Of a stretch of 64,000 nucleotides of DNA, positions 1 through 14,478 are shown piece by piece (the stretch's first letter is position 1; each line of letters opens with the position of its first letter). A model generated the notes under the pieces. The model saw nothing but the letters and a program-made list of their open reading frames with translations, was not told the origin of the DNA and made no database searches. Both the position numbers and the translations under genes were made by a program. The DNA is from the human T2T-CHM13v2.0 reference genome, Homo sapiens, in assembly GCF_009914755.1 (NCBI RefSeq), contig NC_060926.1; one strand, 5' to 3'.

Positions 1-560
1 CATGCCTTTTAACTTTTTTCTAACAGCCTCTAAGCCTACATATTGCTTTAGAATTCTATCTCTTATTAAGCCCTATTCAGGTGTCGTTTCCTCCATTAAC
101 CATTCACTCAATCTCTCCCACTGGAAAACACTATTCCCTCCTGTGTACTCATAGAACACTTTTTAGTAGCTTCTTGTAATCATTATACCAGTATGTAATG
201 TATTACATTCATTTGTGTTCTGTTTTCATTTCTAAGTCAGACTGTATGCTTTGTCAAGTTAGTTCAGTTTTATTTGATTTTTTTGTTGCAGAGACATTTG
301 AATTGAACTTATTTCATAATCTTTCTTTAATTTGGAATTCCCTCTCCCTCTGGATATCCAAACTTTATCCTTTTTTCAAACTCCAATTCAAACCTTTCCT
401 ATTCTGAAAGTCTTTACCTCAATTTCACACATAGAATGTTCTATAAATATCAATGAAGCCAAGGTGATTGAATGTATTATTCAAGCTTTTTATTTCTTTA
501 CTGATTATCTGTCTACTTTTTCTATCAACTAATGAGAGAGGGTGTTGAAATGTTTGGCTA

Positions 561-1065
561 TGCCATAAGACAAAATTACAACATCTTAGTCTAAAAATCT
601 TAATTGCTTTATTTGCAATTCTAGAATTGGGCAAGACTTCATTCCATCAAATAGAAAAAGTGTCCCAATGAGCTGGGCAGAAGAGGCTGGTTTTATAGAT
701 AGAAAAGAACTAAAGAAAGAAGTAACAAAAAATAAAAAGCAGATTGGTCATTTCAAAGTTACTTTGTAAAGCAGGAACAGTTGAAAAATAACTGGTAGCA
801 TCAGGTCACTTGAGGTTACATTTTGTTGTCAGAATTAAAGCAGAGGAAACATCATTATCATGCTGATTGAAACTGGCCTGTTTGGGAAATTAGGCTGTTA
901 ACCTCTTACTCCTGCTTTCTAGGAAGGTCAAGTAACAACTCAGTTTGGGTTTGGTGACATGGAAACTCAGCATGAGTGGCTCCATTTTGATTTTTAGTCT
1001 GGTCCGTTGAGGCCTAGTGCAGTAGCTTAGTTCAAAACAATGACTTCCTACAATTTTTATTTAAA
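561..1065 (-). mobile_element. ERV1 (MER4-group) solo LTR
   Basis: Reverse complement begins ..aaataaaaattgtaggaagtcattgttttgaactaagctactgcactaggcc.., a typical ERV1 LTR 5' end. Flanked by the direct repeat GGCTA (556-560, 1066-1070). Confidence 0.7.
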
Positions 1066-1218
1066 GGCTATAATTGTCTGTTTGCCTTTTCCTACTTTCA
1101 GTTCTATCAGTTTTGGCTTCATTTATTTCCATACTTTTTTATTGTATAGATACATACATGCTTAGGATCATTATTTCCTCTTGATTAGTTGACCTCTTTA
1201 TTGTTAAGAAATGACCTT

Positions 1219-1492
<274 letters not shown>

Positions 1493-2046
1493 TTATATTA
1501 TCTCCTTTGAAATCTTTTTTGTCAGATATTAATATAGCCACTCCATCTTTCTTTGGATTATTGTAAACATGTTATAAATCTTACTCCATTGTTTTTCTTT
1601 TTATCTATTTGTGTATTTACATTTACGTATTACGTATTTATATTTAAAGTATGTTTCTTATAGGCTGCAAAGAGTTGGGTCTTGCTTTTTTATTCAATCT
1701 GACAGACTCTGCATATTAAATCTCTAGATTTTAAATAATGTATTTAGCTCTTTCACCTTTAATGTAATCATTGTTATTGTTGCATTAAGGTCTATCATCT
1801 TGCCATACACTTTCCATTTCTTCTGCTTTTAGTTTCTTTAAAATTTTGTCTAGTGTGCTTTATATTAAAAGAGCATTTTTTATAATAAAATTTGCTTTGT
1901 TATTTGTTAATTATAACTGGTCTTTGCATTATTTTGATGGTTCCTTTATGGCTTATAATGTATATTTTTAACTAATTAAAGTTGTCCTCCTGTGATATTA
2001 TTTTACTTCACTCTTCAAGGTAATAAGCTGTAAACAGGTCAGTATT

Positions 2047-2097
2047 TATGTATGTATACACATACATATATACACATACATATATATACACATGTAC

Positions 2098-2129
<32 letters not shown>

Positions 2130-2186
2130 ATATGTACATATATATGAAGTGGGATATATCAGAGGAGGGCAACTGTGTGTGTGTGT

Positions 2187-2229
<43 letters not shown>
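2047..2229. repeat. Compound (TATG/TA)n, (TG)n, (TA)n microsatellite
   Basis: Directly visible. Confidence 0.95.
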
Positions 2230-2231
<2 letters not shown>

Positions 2232-2333
2232 CTCTACAGTGGTATACTTCTGTTTCTCTATTTCTGACCTTTATGCCACAGTTGTCATACATTTTATGCT
2301 ACATGTTATAAATCCCAAAATATATTGTTATAA

Positions 2334-2666
<333 letters not shown>

Positions 2667-4842
2667 TAAAAGTGAGTTATTTTTAAACAAATTTAAATAT
2701 AGTGTTTAAATGTTTATATATTTACCCAGGTGACTACCAATTCCAGTGTTCATCATTTCTTTGTGTAGATACAGATTTCCACCTAGTCTCACTTTTTCTT
2801 CTGCTTGAAGAACATCCTTTAAATTACCTTGTACTCCAGGTGTGCAAGTAGTATATTCTTCCAGCTCTAACGTGTCTTTATTGCACTTTAATCTTTTAAA
2901 TATTTTATTATTTTCTGGGCAAAAAGTTTTAGGTTGACATTTCTTATTCTATACTGTAAAGATGTTTACTACCTTCTGGTTTGCATTTTTTTCAATAAGA
3001 ATATGCCATCATTCTTAACTTTTTTCCTCTGTATACAACGCATCTTTTCTCTGTAGATGCTTTTAATAATTTCTCTTTATGATTAATTTTAATGAATTTC
3101 ATTGTGATATGCCTTGGTATAGTTTTCTTCATATGTCTTACGCTTCAGTTTATTGAATTTCTTGACTATCTAGGTTAAGTGTTTTTAACAAATTTGGAAA
3201 TTTTTTATTATTATTTCAAATATTTTTTGTTGTCCACTTTCTCAGGGATTATAAATATGGGTAGATTGGGCTACTTGAAGTTGTCCCCAAACTCACTAAT
3301 ATGCTGTTCAATTTTTTTTTTAAAAGCATGCATTTCTTTGTATGTTCCATTTCAGATAGTTCTGCTATGCCTCAACTTCATTCTTCAAGGTAGCAAGCTG
3401 TAACAATGCTAGGACTGACGTGTTTATTTTTCATCATTCAGGGATCAATGTCCTTCATCAGTCAATGTCCAATGTCCTAAAAACTTCTATTTTATATATT
3501 TTGTCTATATTTTTAGTCATTTCATGTGGGAGGATAAATCTCATTTCTGCTGCTTCATCACGTTAGAATTGTAAACTTTTAAATAAAATAAATTGTATAT
3601 TTATTAACCATTTTATATGTCTCTTTTTGGATTGTCCATTTATCCATTATATATGCTTAGTTTATTTTGACTTCTGGTATATATGAACATATATATTTGT
3701 TTCCTTGTTGACATACTAAAATTTTGCTATATTAAAGATAGCAGTCTCTGTTCACACTTGTTTGAAATATTTCCTCAGCTGCTTGAATTTTGTTAAAATT
3801 TGCATATGATGAGGCAAAAAACTGAAGTTCTAAAACTTGGCAAACTCTTCTCAAATGCTTTCTTGGGTAATTTCTTCCAGTGATTTTATTATTTAGATGT
3901 CCTGTTTCTATCAAAAGGCTAAATGAGTATTTATTATGTTTTCTCTTTATTTATCTGAGTTTAATAGAGATGAGAGAGATGCATAGCACTTGTGAGGTAT
4001 GGTGAGAATTTACTTATATAGTTTCAAATAGCTAGCCAGTTTCCTAGCTCCGTTGGTTGACTAAATCAACATCATTAACAGTGATACCAACTAAGAATTA
4101 AGTTCTCATTCATTTCAGGGTTTATTTCTGTTGAATTCTGTCTTTCTGTTCTTATGCTAATCTTACAGTCTTTTAATTATAACATGCTTCATTATAACTC
4201 ATTTTAATATTTTTAAAAGAATTTTCACTCTTTACTTCTCTCTTTGAAAATATTCTTGGCTCACCTGTTCTATTATCTTTGTTTTTTTCAAATTCTCCCA
4301 AAATATGCAACTGGAATTTTTTAATTAAAATGTGTTTCAACAGTTATAATAATTTAAGAAGAATTAAAATAGTCACAAGATGTAGCTTTCATCTGAGTCA
4401 GACAATATGCACAGTACATTTCTTTTATTTCTTTTTTTATATATCCTAGTAGAATTTTATAGCTTTCTTAAAATATGCCAAATCTCTCTCCTGCTGCTTT
4501 TATTTCTAACTATTGCTTATTATTTGTGTGTTTTAATTTTTATTGTAAATTGTGTCATTTTCTCAGTGTTATTTTCTAACTAGCTTGTTGGGATAATGGA
4601 AAGGTTATGATAATAGCATATGTAGCTTTTAGCTGGCCACTGTTTATTACTTATTAATTATGGATATGACTTGATTGAAGACATTAAGCAACTTTAGTTT
4701 GAATAATTATCCTCAGGACCTAACCTCATTTAATATATAATAATTTTAATTTTTTTTAAGAATTATGTGTAAGTGCTAAATATAAAACAAAACTCCTAGA
4801 AGCAAAATTTTATGGACATAGCTTCTTTAAAAACATTAATCA

Positions 4843-5148
<306 letters not shown>

Positions 5149-5240
5149 TTATCACAAGAACTGAAATTAAGTTTAGTTGTCTTATAAACATTTTTTTTTA
5201 GAACAGATATCACTGTGATTACCAGGCCAAAAAAAGATTA

Positions 5241-5590
5241 ATTCATCCAACAAACATTATTGAATGTACACTATGTGCCCAGCACTTTTTTTGAAGTGTT
5301 GGAAATACAGTGGTCAAAGAGTAGAAGAAAAGTCTTTCTTTACTGAATTTAGTTCAGTAAGGAGAGCTATATGGAAAACATGTAAACTAAACATAATTGG
5401 TGAAATACATAAAATGTCAGATGGTGAGAGTTTGATTCCAAAAAGTAAAGAAGAGAAATAAATAAGGATGCCAGGATTAGAGTGAATGTGGCCAATTTAG
5501 ATTGGAGGTAAGGAAAGGTATCACTAGGAGATCATGTTTGAACTAAGAGAAGGCAATGTAAGGAGATAAGAACTATGGATATCTGGGGAA
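5241..5590 (-). mobile_element. L2 3' fragment
   Basis: attcatccaacaaacattattgaatgtacactatgtgcccagcact is the typical L2 3'-end signature. Confidence 0.65.
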
Positions 5591-5899
5591 AATAAAACAA
5601 ACTTAAAAATGTAAATGAATATGAAAGCTTCTTAAAACTTTACTTAGGGAGGTAATTATTTGTTATGTAAAGTTTTGTATCTTTTCAATTGAGGGAGGGC
5701 CTCTCAGTGTTTGAGTCCAGCTTGAGTCACTTCTAAGGTTTAAAGCTTCAGTATACATTATCTGCAGAATTAAGATCCTGCCTCCTTGAGGCAGGATTAA
5801 GATTCTGCTTCAAGGCAGGATTATAGGTATTGTGATAAAATGTGAGTGATTATGTTAAGCGAATTAATAGTTTTAATGCAAAATAATAGAGTGTAATAA

Positions 5900-6311
<412 letters not shown>

Positions 6312-6984
6312 CAAATAACCTCTTTTAAAATCCCAGTCTGTCAGTGTATCCCTTTTACTATATTCATAAAGTCATTTAAAGATGATCTGAAAACCTGGGG
6401 CCACAGCAAACATAAATTTTGAGTAAATGGCATTGCAGATCCCACCTCTGCTTCTCCAAGTCCTTCTATCTATTGAATTTAGTTTCCTACATCATGAGTA
6501 TATTTCTTTTAAGAAGGAAAATTCTAAGGAAACATTCCTATATTTTAGGCTTACTAAATTAAATTTAAAAATAACATAAACTTGTTAAACTTTTGTAAGT
6601 AATGCTAAAATGCTTGGCAAATGGGAATGACAAAACAATTTTAATGAATAGCAAAATCCGATCACGGGAAGACCAATAAAATGCACAATGAAAACAGAGC
6701 AGCCTACACTGATGATGGAAGTTTTTGATCTTTATTAAATCAAAAGTAGCCTCTAATTTACTACAGACGATATGGTGATTCCCATTTTTTAATCTACCTG
6801 ATGATATGCATTGTTTTGAAAGTTGAAAGCGTTCTTATATCTACCTAGAACTTATATCTTATTTTTGCCCTCCTCTGAAGTAAATTTTCCAAAAACTCTT
6901 TTGTGATATACTATTGCATTCTGTAAATACATATAAAACAGGTGAGAGGAAGGCGAGCCATTAAAATTTAACTTATTTTCATCT

Positions 6985-7275
<291 letters not shown>

Positions 7276-7689
7276 TATTCTAATTTTTGCCAGTGTCGAT
7301 TTTTGTTTAAAAATCAATTAAAGAAGCATTTGTGGTTCAATTTTAAATGCTATAAATAGAATTTTATTCAACAGCTTTTATTATCATAAAGACTTAGAAA
7401 ATATTTGGCTTCATTAAATGCCAAATTTTCATATTTACAAAAATAGTAAAATATAACTCCTTGTATAGCAGCAATAATTTACATTCCTGGTTTTACTGAA
7501 GAATCACATGGGGAGATCCATCAGGTGCCCATTCTCCACAGATTGTGATTGAATGTGGGTCGGGGAGAGCACTGGCACTTTTTTTTTTTAAAGCTTCACT
7601 CATCTAGGGAACATCGGCTGGGACTAAGAAGATGTTTCCGGTAGGCACCTTTATTATACAATTATGCAGTAATAACTTGTTGTATATAA

Positions 7690-7833
7690 TGTAGATCAGC
7701 AGCATAGAGGTCCCCTGAGAGTTTATTAAAAATGCACAATCTTAGGTCCCACCCCAGGTCTACTGAATTTGAATCTGTATGCTGACAACACTCTCAAGTG
7801 ATTTGAATTAAGTTAGAAGTTAAGAAGCATTGT
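7690..7833. mobile_element. MER5-type hAT-Charlie fragment
   Basis: aaaaatgcacaatcttaggtcccaccccaggtctactgaatttgaatctg...aagttaagaagcattg. Confidence 0.6.
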
Positions 7834-8296
7834 TGTGGGATCTACCCCTCCTTTGGAAGGCACTATTCCTGATTCCTAGAGATAATCAGGCTATGAGAGA
7901 CATGTGAAACTGAGATAAATAAAATAAAACAAACCAACAAAAACATATAATGTCATCTTATATATATTATTTAAATGTAACATAAGCTTTTATGGACTGG
8001 AATATTCATTATTCTATCAATGTTTTCAGGTTATATAAACAAACATCATAATCAGCTGAAAGTTTGCTTGGCCATCATGGTATTGTTAATAGAACCAGAA
8101 AAGTTGCATGCATCAGCTAAGATGTGTGATGCATTCCTCACTATGGGAAGAGTCTTGCCTACGGGAAATACTTGAAATCTCTTGGCTGCAACACCCTTCG
8201 CCCATCTTTATGACAGAGAACTAGGAACAATATACTGGAAATGCTCCCTCTAGGGACAACACTTTCAAGAGCTGTTTCCACTTTTGCTTTATGATA

Positions 8297-8658
8297 CAGG
8301 TTCAACGTACCTAATCTGAAAATCCGAAATTTGAAATGCTCCAAATCCAAAATGTTTTGAGCACCGACATCATAATGCCACGCATGGAAAATTCTACACC
8401 TGACCCTATGTGATGGGTCACAGTCAAAAATGCCATTAAAACTGTTTCATGAACAAAATTACTAAAAATATTCTATACAATTACTGTCAGGCTGTGTGTA
8501 TAAGGTATATTAAAGCATATATGAATTTCATGTTTAGACTTAAGTTTTCATCCCTGAGATAACACATTATGTGTAGGTAAATATCCCTAAATTTTAAAAG
8601 AATCCAAAAATCGGAAACTTCTGACCCCAAGCATTTCAGATAAGGGATATTCAGCCTT
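8297..8658 (+). mobile_element. Tigger4b/MER46-type TcMar MITE
   Basis: TIRs caggttcaacgtacctaatctgaaa / tttcagataagggatattcagcctt, TA on both sides, about 360 bp. Confidence 0.8.
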
Positions 8659-9483
8659 TAGCTATTTACTTTCTTGCTTTGCATAGCTTACCCCACCTTC
8701 TTATTTTTCTTTCTTAGGTAGGTTAATACATTTACCTACCTAAGGGAAAATTTAAAATGGGCTACTTCCAGATTTTGCTGGCCTAAGACTGTCTCTCTCA
8801 ATGAGAATGAGCAAAGGCACTTTGAAGTAGCTTATATCTATATAGGATAATTTTCTTTCCTTCAGTTACTAATCGTTAAAGCTTTGCTCAAGCTTCTGAG
8901 TACTATCTAAATATTCCAGTACCAGAACAATATATGCTATCTCAGTCCATTCAGTAATGAATGACTGCATTTTGAACTTTTATGTACCAATTTTTAAATG
9001 ATGCTCCAAATACACATAAATGAAATTCTTTATTTCTTACTTCAAGAGTTTAGTGACAATGACAATAAAACTATAACCTGGACCACACTTGAGTCATCTG
9101 AAAATCTTTCAAAAGTAGACTTCATCATGAACAAACTGCATCAGAATTTCTGAGATTGAGGCCTGAATGTTAATATTTTTTAATACCTCCCAAGATGTTC
9201 TGATTTCCAGTAGCATAAAGAACATTACTGAGAGTAGGGCTGAAAATTAATTTCTAAAACAGATAGCTCAGTAGGTCATTTTTTTTTTTCAGCATTACTG
9301 TAATTATTAAAATCTCCTCTGGAACTTTTCTAGTCAGATCTTGGTCTACAAAAGAAAACTGGACATCTTGGCTTATTAAAAAACATTTCAAGAGGGTATT
9401 CAAAATTAAACTTAAACAATAATTTAACTCATCTATCTGGGAACATTATTCATTATATCCCATTGCTTTCCAAAACTTAGTTG

Positions 9484-10449
9484 TGTGGAATATAGAGAAG
9501 ACAATTTTCTCCTTTACTCTTCATGAGTTTTTAGCTAAGATTCCCTGCAACAAAAGGCAGATTAACAGGAGAAAAACAAGCCGGGCGCGGTGGCTCACGC
9601 CTGTAATCCCAGCACTTTGGGAGGCCGAGGCGGGTAGATCACGAGGTCAGGAGATCGAGACCATCCTGGCTAACACGGTGAAACCCGTCTCTACTAAAAA
9701 TACAAAAAAAATTAGCCGGGCTGGTGGCGGGCGCCTGTGGTCCCAGCTGCTCGGGAGGCTGAGGCAGGAGAATGGCGTGAACCCGGGGGGCGGAGCTTGC
9801 AGTGAGCCCAGGGGGCGGAGTTTGCAGTGAACCCAGGGGGCGGAGCTTGAAGTGAGCCGAGATCGCACCACTGCACTCCAGCCTGGACCACAGAGCAAGA
9901 CTCTGTCTAAAAAAAAAAAAGCAAGAGAAAAACAAACAGAAGCTTAATAACATAAATACCTCCTTTGTACATGGGATAGAAACAAGAAAAATGGGCAGAT
10001 CTCTAGAGTAGATCTCAAAGAATTGTCTTATACCTCAGATGCAAACACTACCATTCTCTGAAACAAAGGCATAAGGATGTAGGAAAGGTTTTGTTAAGAA
10101 AGATGACCAGGAAAAGCAAAACACAAGCAAAGTTTGTCACGCATAGTGAAGTCGATTTCTTCTCCATTGATTGAGTCTTCGGTTATGTAGTTATTCTTCT
10201 CTTCCTGGTGCGGAAAGAGAGGGAGAGAAAGAGAGAGAGAGAGACCCTTGAAAACATCTATACATTTCCTTTATAGACATAAATTTATCTTACACAAGGG
10301 AAACTTCCAGCCTTGTTTCTAGTATTCTTCCTGTGTCTGCAGTTTCTCAAAATATCTAGCTCCAAATAATCCTAAGCCAGAGAGGCATATTTAGGGTGAA
10401 ATAGTCTGAGTGCAGCCTTATTTTGGGGTGACATGTTCTGAACTCTATA
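9484..10449 (-). mobile_element. MER34-like ERV1 LTR, split by AluY
   Basis: Reverse complement begins ..agagttcagaacatgtcaccccaaaata.. (MER34-type 5' end). The sequence continues across the Alu. Confidence 0.6.
9579..9921 (+). mobile_element. AluY with internal 25-bp triplication
   Basis: Y-diagnostic gagatcgagaccatcctggctaacacgg and aatggcgtgaacccgg. TSD ca(g/a)gagaaaaacaa. Confidence 0.96.
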
Positions 10450-10861
10450 AGAAATTAAAACAATCTAAATTTTTGGTGAGATATTTTCAAAATTTCATTA
10501 TTTCTTAATTCTACATAATCATCATTATTTCAGTATTTTATTAAATTAGTGGAAAATTACATGTGATTTAATAAGTGCTTTATTTCCCTAACCTCAAATT
10601 ATTTGGGGCAATTTCCAGATGTATAGTATGAAATCATGGAGCAATATTTGACATTTGGTGATGTAATTAATTTTATATTTTACTTAAGGCTTATTAAAAC
10701 AGCTGTTATATAACAATTTAAACAAATGTTCAAAAATCTTAATTGTACAAAATGATTTTGGCTTTTTTCCCCCAAGCCTGAGACATTCTGATATGATGTA
10801 CAGTACCAAACATTGATCAAAAGCTAAAAATGTCTCCAGGCATAGTTGTTATATATAAATT

Positions 10862-10912
10862 TGTGTGTGTGTATGTGTGTGTGTGTGTGAGATATATATA
10901 TATATATATATA
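10862..10912. repeat. (TG)5TA(TG)8-AGA-(TA)10 microsatellite abutting a splice acceptor
   Basis: Directly visible. Confidence 0.95.
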
Positions 10913-10926
10913 TTTTTCCCCCCCAG

Positions 10927-11026
10927 GGTTATGGTGGCTATATTGCATCAATGATCTTAAAATCAGATGAAAAGCTTTTTAAATGTGGATCCGTGGTTGC
11001 ACCTATCACAGACTTGAAATTGTATG
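10927..11026 (+). CDS. DPP10: DPP10 coding exon (probably exon 22 of 26), degenerate nucleophile elbow: GYGGYIASMILKSDEKLFKCGSVVAPITDLKLY
   Basis: Acceptor tttttcccccccag at 10913-10926 and donor G|gtgagt at 11026/11027. The 100 nt translate to the DPP4-family C-terminal hydrolase domain as I recall it for DPP10. Exon numbering is inferred. Confidence 0.97.
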
Positions 11027-11276
11027 GTGAGTACTTTCTACAGACTGACCTAGTATAATGTATTGATTTGTAGAAAACGAAAGCCCAATTTAGAATAGCT
11101 CAATTGAGCTCATTTATCATATGTTATTAGAGCCTGTTTTCAGCTGTTTATCTCCTCCTTGATTCAGCTGATTTTACTAAAGCATGACAATTAAATGTAA
11201 AATGAAGAAATTAATGAAATATGCCAGTCAAATAGTTTTTAGTTTCTTCTCGAATGTCTGTTTTCTTGGGTCACAG

Positions 11277-11335
11277 CCTCAGCTTTCTCTGAAAGATACC
11301 TTGGGATGCCATCTAAGGAAGAAAGCACTTACCAG
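11277..11335 (+). CDS. DPP10: DPP10 coding exon: (A)SAFSERYLGMPSKEESTYQ
   Basis: Acceptor tcacag|, donor CAG|gtaact. The 59 nt complete phase with the previous exon (1+59). ERYLG motif typical of the S9B family. Confidence 0.97.
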
Positions 11336-11443
11336 GTAACTAATTTGAAAATAACAAAGAAAGAGGAGTATTTTTGTTCTAAAAAATTAGTTAAATGGCT
11401 TATTTAGATCTATAGATACAGATATTTGTATTTTCCTTTATAG

Positions 11444-11516
11444 GCAGCCAGTGTGCTACATAATGTTCATGGCTTGAAAGAAGAAAATATATTAATAATT
11501 CATGGAACTGCTGACA
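11444..11516 (+). CDS. DPP10: DPP10 coding exon: AASVLHNVHGLKEENILIIHGTAD(T), containing the triad Asp motif
   Basis: Acceptor ttttcctttatag|, donor A|gtaagt, 73 nt. IIHGTAD motif homologous to DPP4 HGTADD. Confidence 0.97.
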
Positions 11517-11713
11517 GTAAGTATTATACTTGCCGCTGCTGTTTGATAGGGTATGACCTTTTACAAAGGGATACATCTAAGGACTTGCTTACAGGAAGCC
11601 CTGTAAACCTTCTGAAGAAGGGAGCAGAGAGTCACACAAAGAATCAGATACATGATAGAAGGTGGGAAAAAAGAATTCAGAGATAAGAGGAGAGGAGGCT
11701 ATTCCTCAAATGG

Positions 11714-11901
11714 CAGCGTTGTCCAATCAAACTCCCTGTAATGATGGAAATACTTTATCAATGTTGCTGAAAAAGTAGCCACTGGCCACTTGTGGCCATA
11801 CCTTGTTTAGTGTGACTGAGGAACTGAATTGATTTTATTTAATTTTAATTTAAAAAGGCACTTGTGTCTAGTGACTATGGTTACAGTGTTATTCAGCACA
11901 C
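11714..11901. mobile_element. MER3-type hAT-Charlie MITE
   Basis: cagcgttgtccaatcaaactccctgtaatgatggaaa...gtagccactggccacttgtggc. Confidence 0.7.
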
Positions 11902-12319
11902 CTAAAATGGAAACCAACCTGGAAAACAGAAACCAAAAAGCTGCAAGCACTGACATGAAATTCTAATGAGGTTACCCGCTTAAATGAACTTAAAAACTTT
12001 AAAAAGGCACTTTCATATCATCTCTCATTTTTTCATCACTTTAAACCTTGGAGGTGGATGTGATTGATGTTAGTAGTAATAAATAATATCATTTTATATT
12101 TACATGACACTCTTAGGGACCAAAGAATCTATATTTTATTATCCTCTGTGATATTTTACAACAGACAGCTGAATATTTATAGCTTCATTCATGGATGAGA
12201 AAAATCAATTTCAAAAAGGAAACAGATTTATCCAAGGCCATCTGGCAAGTGAGACAAGAAAGTCAAAGTCTTGAATCAATATTTCCTAAATCTTGAACTT
12301 AACTTCTTCCTCTTTAGGG

Positions 12320-12950
12320 TGGGTTCCACTGAATGATTTGCTTCAAGGGTACTATATGGAAAAAGAGAGAAAGAGGAACTTTACAGTGGAGAAATTTGAC
12401 AAACATCACATCAACAGTGACAAGTCATGTTATTACTGTTATTAAATGCCCTTGATATGATGTAGTGGGGATGGCACTTTACCTCCATGGTTTAGTACTC
12501 CAAGCCCATACATAACACCAGTCTAACCATGAGAAAACCATCAGGCAGATCCAAATGAGGAAAATTCTATCAGATATCCAGCCAGCACCCCTCAGAACTG
12601 TTGGGGTAATCAAAAAAAAAAAAAGTCTAAGAAACTCTCATAGACCAGAGGAAGTTTAAAAGACATGATGTCTAAATATAATGTGGGATTCTGAATGGAA
12701 CCCTGGAACAGAAAGGGTACACAGGAAAACAACAATAAGAACACCAACAAGAAAAACTAGTGCACCCCAAATAAAGTGGGTTTAGTTAGTGGTAGTATAT
12801 GAGTCTTAGTTTCTATTTGTGACAAAGTATATAATAATATAAGATGTTAACAATGGGGAAACTGGAGGACGGGTATCCAGGAACTCTGTACTATCTCTGC
12901 AACTGTTCTGAAAATGTAAAGCAATTATAGTATTAATAGTCTATTAAAGA
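12320..12950 (+). mobile_element. L1MC 3'UTR fragment
   Basis: aactttacagtggagaaa...catcaacagtgacaagtcatgtt...gaactctgtactatct motifs. Confidence 0.75.
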
Positions 12951-13089
12951 AAGAGGTAGATGATACAGTACCAGTGTTGGGTGAAACATGATGAAAGAGA
13001 GCGTAAAAATTTTGAGGGACATTTGGATGTTGTTCTAAGGTATTAAGACCTTACATATATATCAACAGTAATAAAAATAAATAGCAATT

Positions 13090-13310
13090 ATGTACTCATT
13101 GTATGTCAGAAAATGTGCTAAAAGCATTTAATATTATCTTATTTGTACTTCTTGCAAACACGGAATAGTAGATGTTATTACTTTCATTTAACAGATTGGG
13201 AAAATAAATATTAGGAAATGATATAACTTCCTTAAAAGAGTAGACACAATTGATTAGTAGGAAGGAGATTTGAATCCATGTATTGAGCCTTTTATTCACT
13301 GTGCCCTGAA
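13090..13310 (-). mobile_element. MIR
   Basis: MIR core-like tttaacagattgggaaaataaatattagg...ggagatttgaatcc. Confidence 0.55.
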
Positions 13311-14163
13311 GCCTTATTCATATGAATAAATTATATTCAAGGTTAAATTATTGTATGTCTACCCATCATGCTGGACTAATATATTAGTGCTATTTCAAAT
13401 TTCTCTGTCAATATGTTGTAGCTATAAAGGTAAATCATTGTTCTATCTGACTCACTCAGTCACAGGCCTGGCGCTTCACCCATCTAATAAAATACAAGCA
13501 GAGGTTCAGCCCTGGTCCCTGGAGAGGAAATGCACCTGTGAATGTGTGTGAGCACACACACACATAGGCACACACACACAGGCACACACATACACATACC
13601 ACACAACCCATACGGGCCTGGTGAATTATAGGTGCTCAGTCATGACACTGTAACACCACTACTATTAATATTATCTTCAAAAATTACCAGCAAATGAATT
13701 CAATCACCCAGTCAAACCTGTAATGTTCCCTTTTAGCTATAGTAAACAGACAAATAGCAACAAATATCAATGGACTTTGCATTAGAAACTAAGCAGAAAA
13801 AAAATCCAATTGGAAAAATCCTTTTGCACATTTATTTTCAGCTGTCTCCATGCAGACAAATAAGGGATCACATTACCTCTGTCATTGACCTTATTAATTA
13901 GCATTTCTAGAAGCTTACATTTATAGAGCAGTTTGTACTTATGTAGCAATGACAAGGTCATTTTCCCATTAAGTGCCATAGGAAGATGTTGAAAAAGATC
14001 TTGACTATCTAGTTTTTTAATAGGTTTAAATGATTGTTTGCCATTTTACATTCTCTGCTGTGTGGTCTGATTATTCAGCATTCTAGAGTTAGAGCATTAA
14101 AGAGGCTTAAACTATTGATAAGGCTGCCCTAATTTTGCAACGACAATTAAAAATGTTAGCTTA

Positions 14164-14478
<315 letters not shown>

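Noticed and set aside
11453-11686. 77-aa ORF starting LHNVHGLKEENILIIHGTAD
   Set aside because: Only the first part is the DPP10 exon. The rest is read-through past a consensus gtaagt donor into the intron, with no evidence of an alternative terminal exon.
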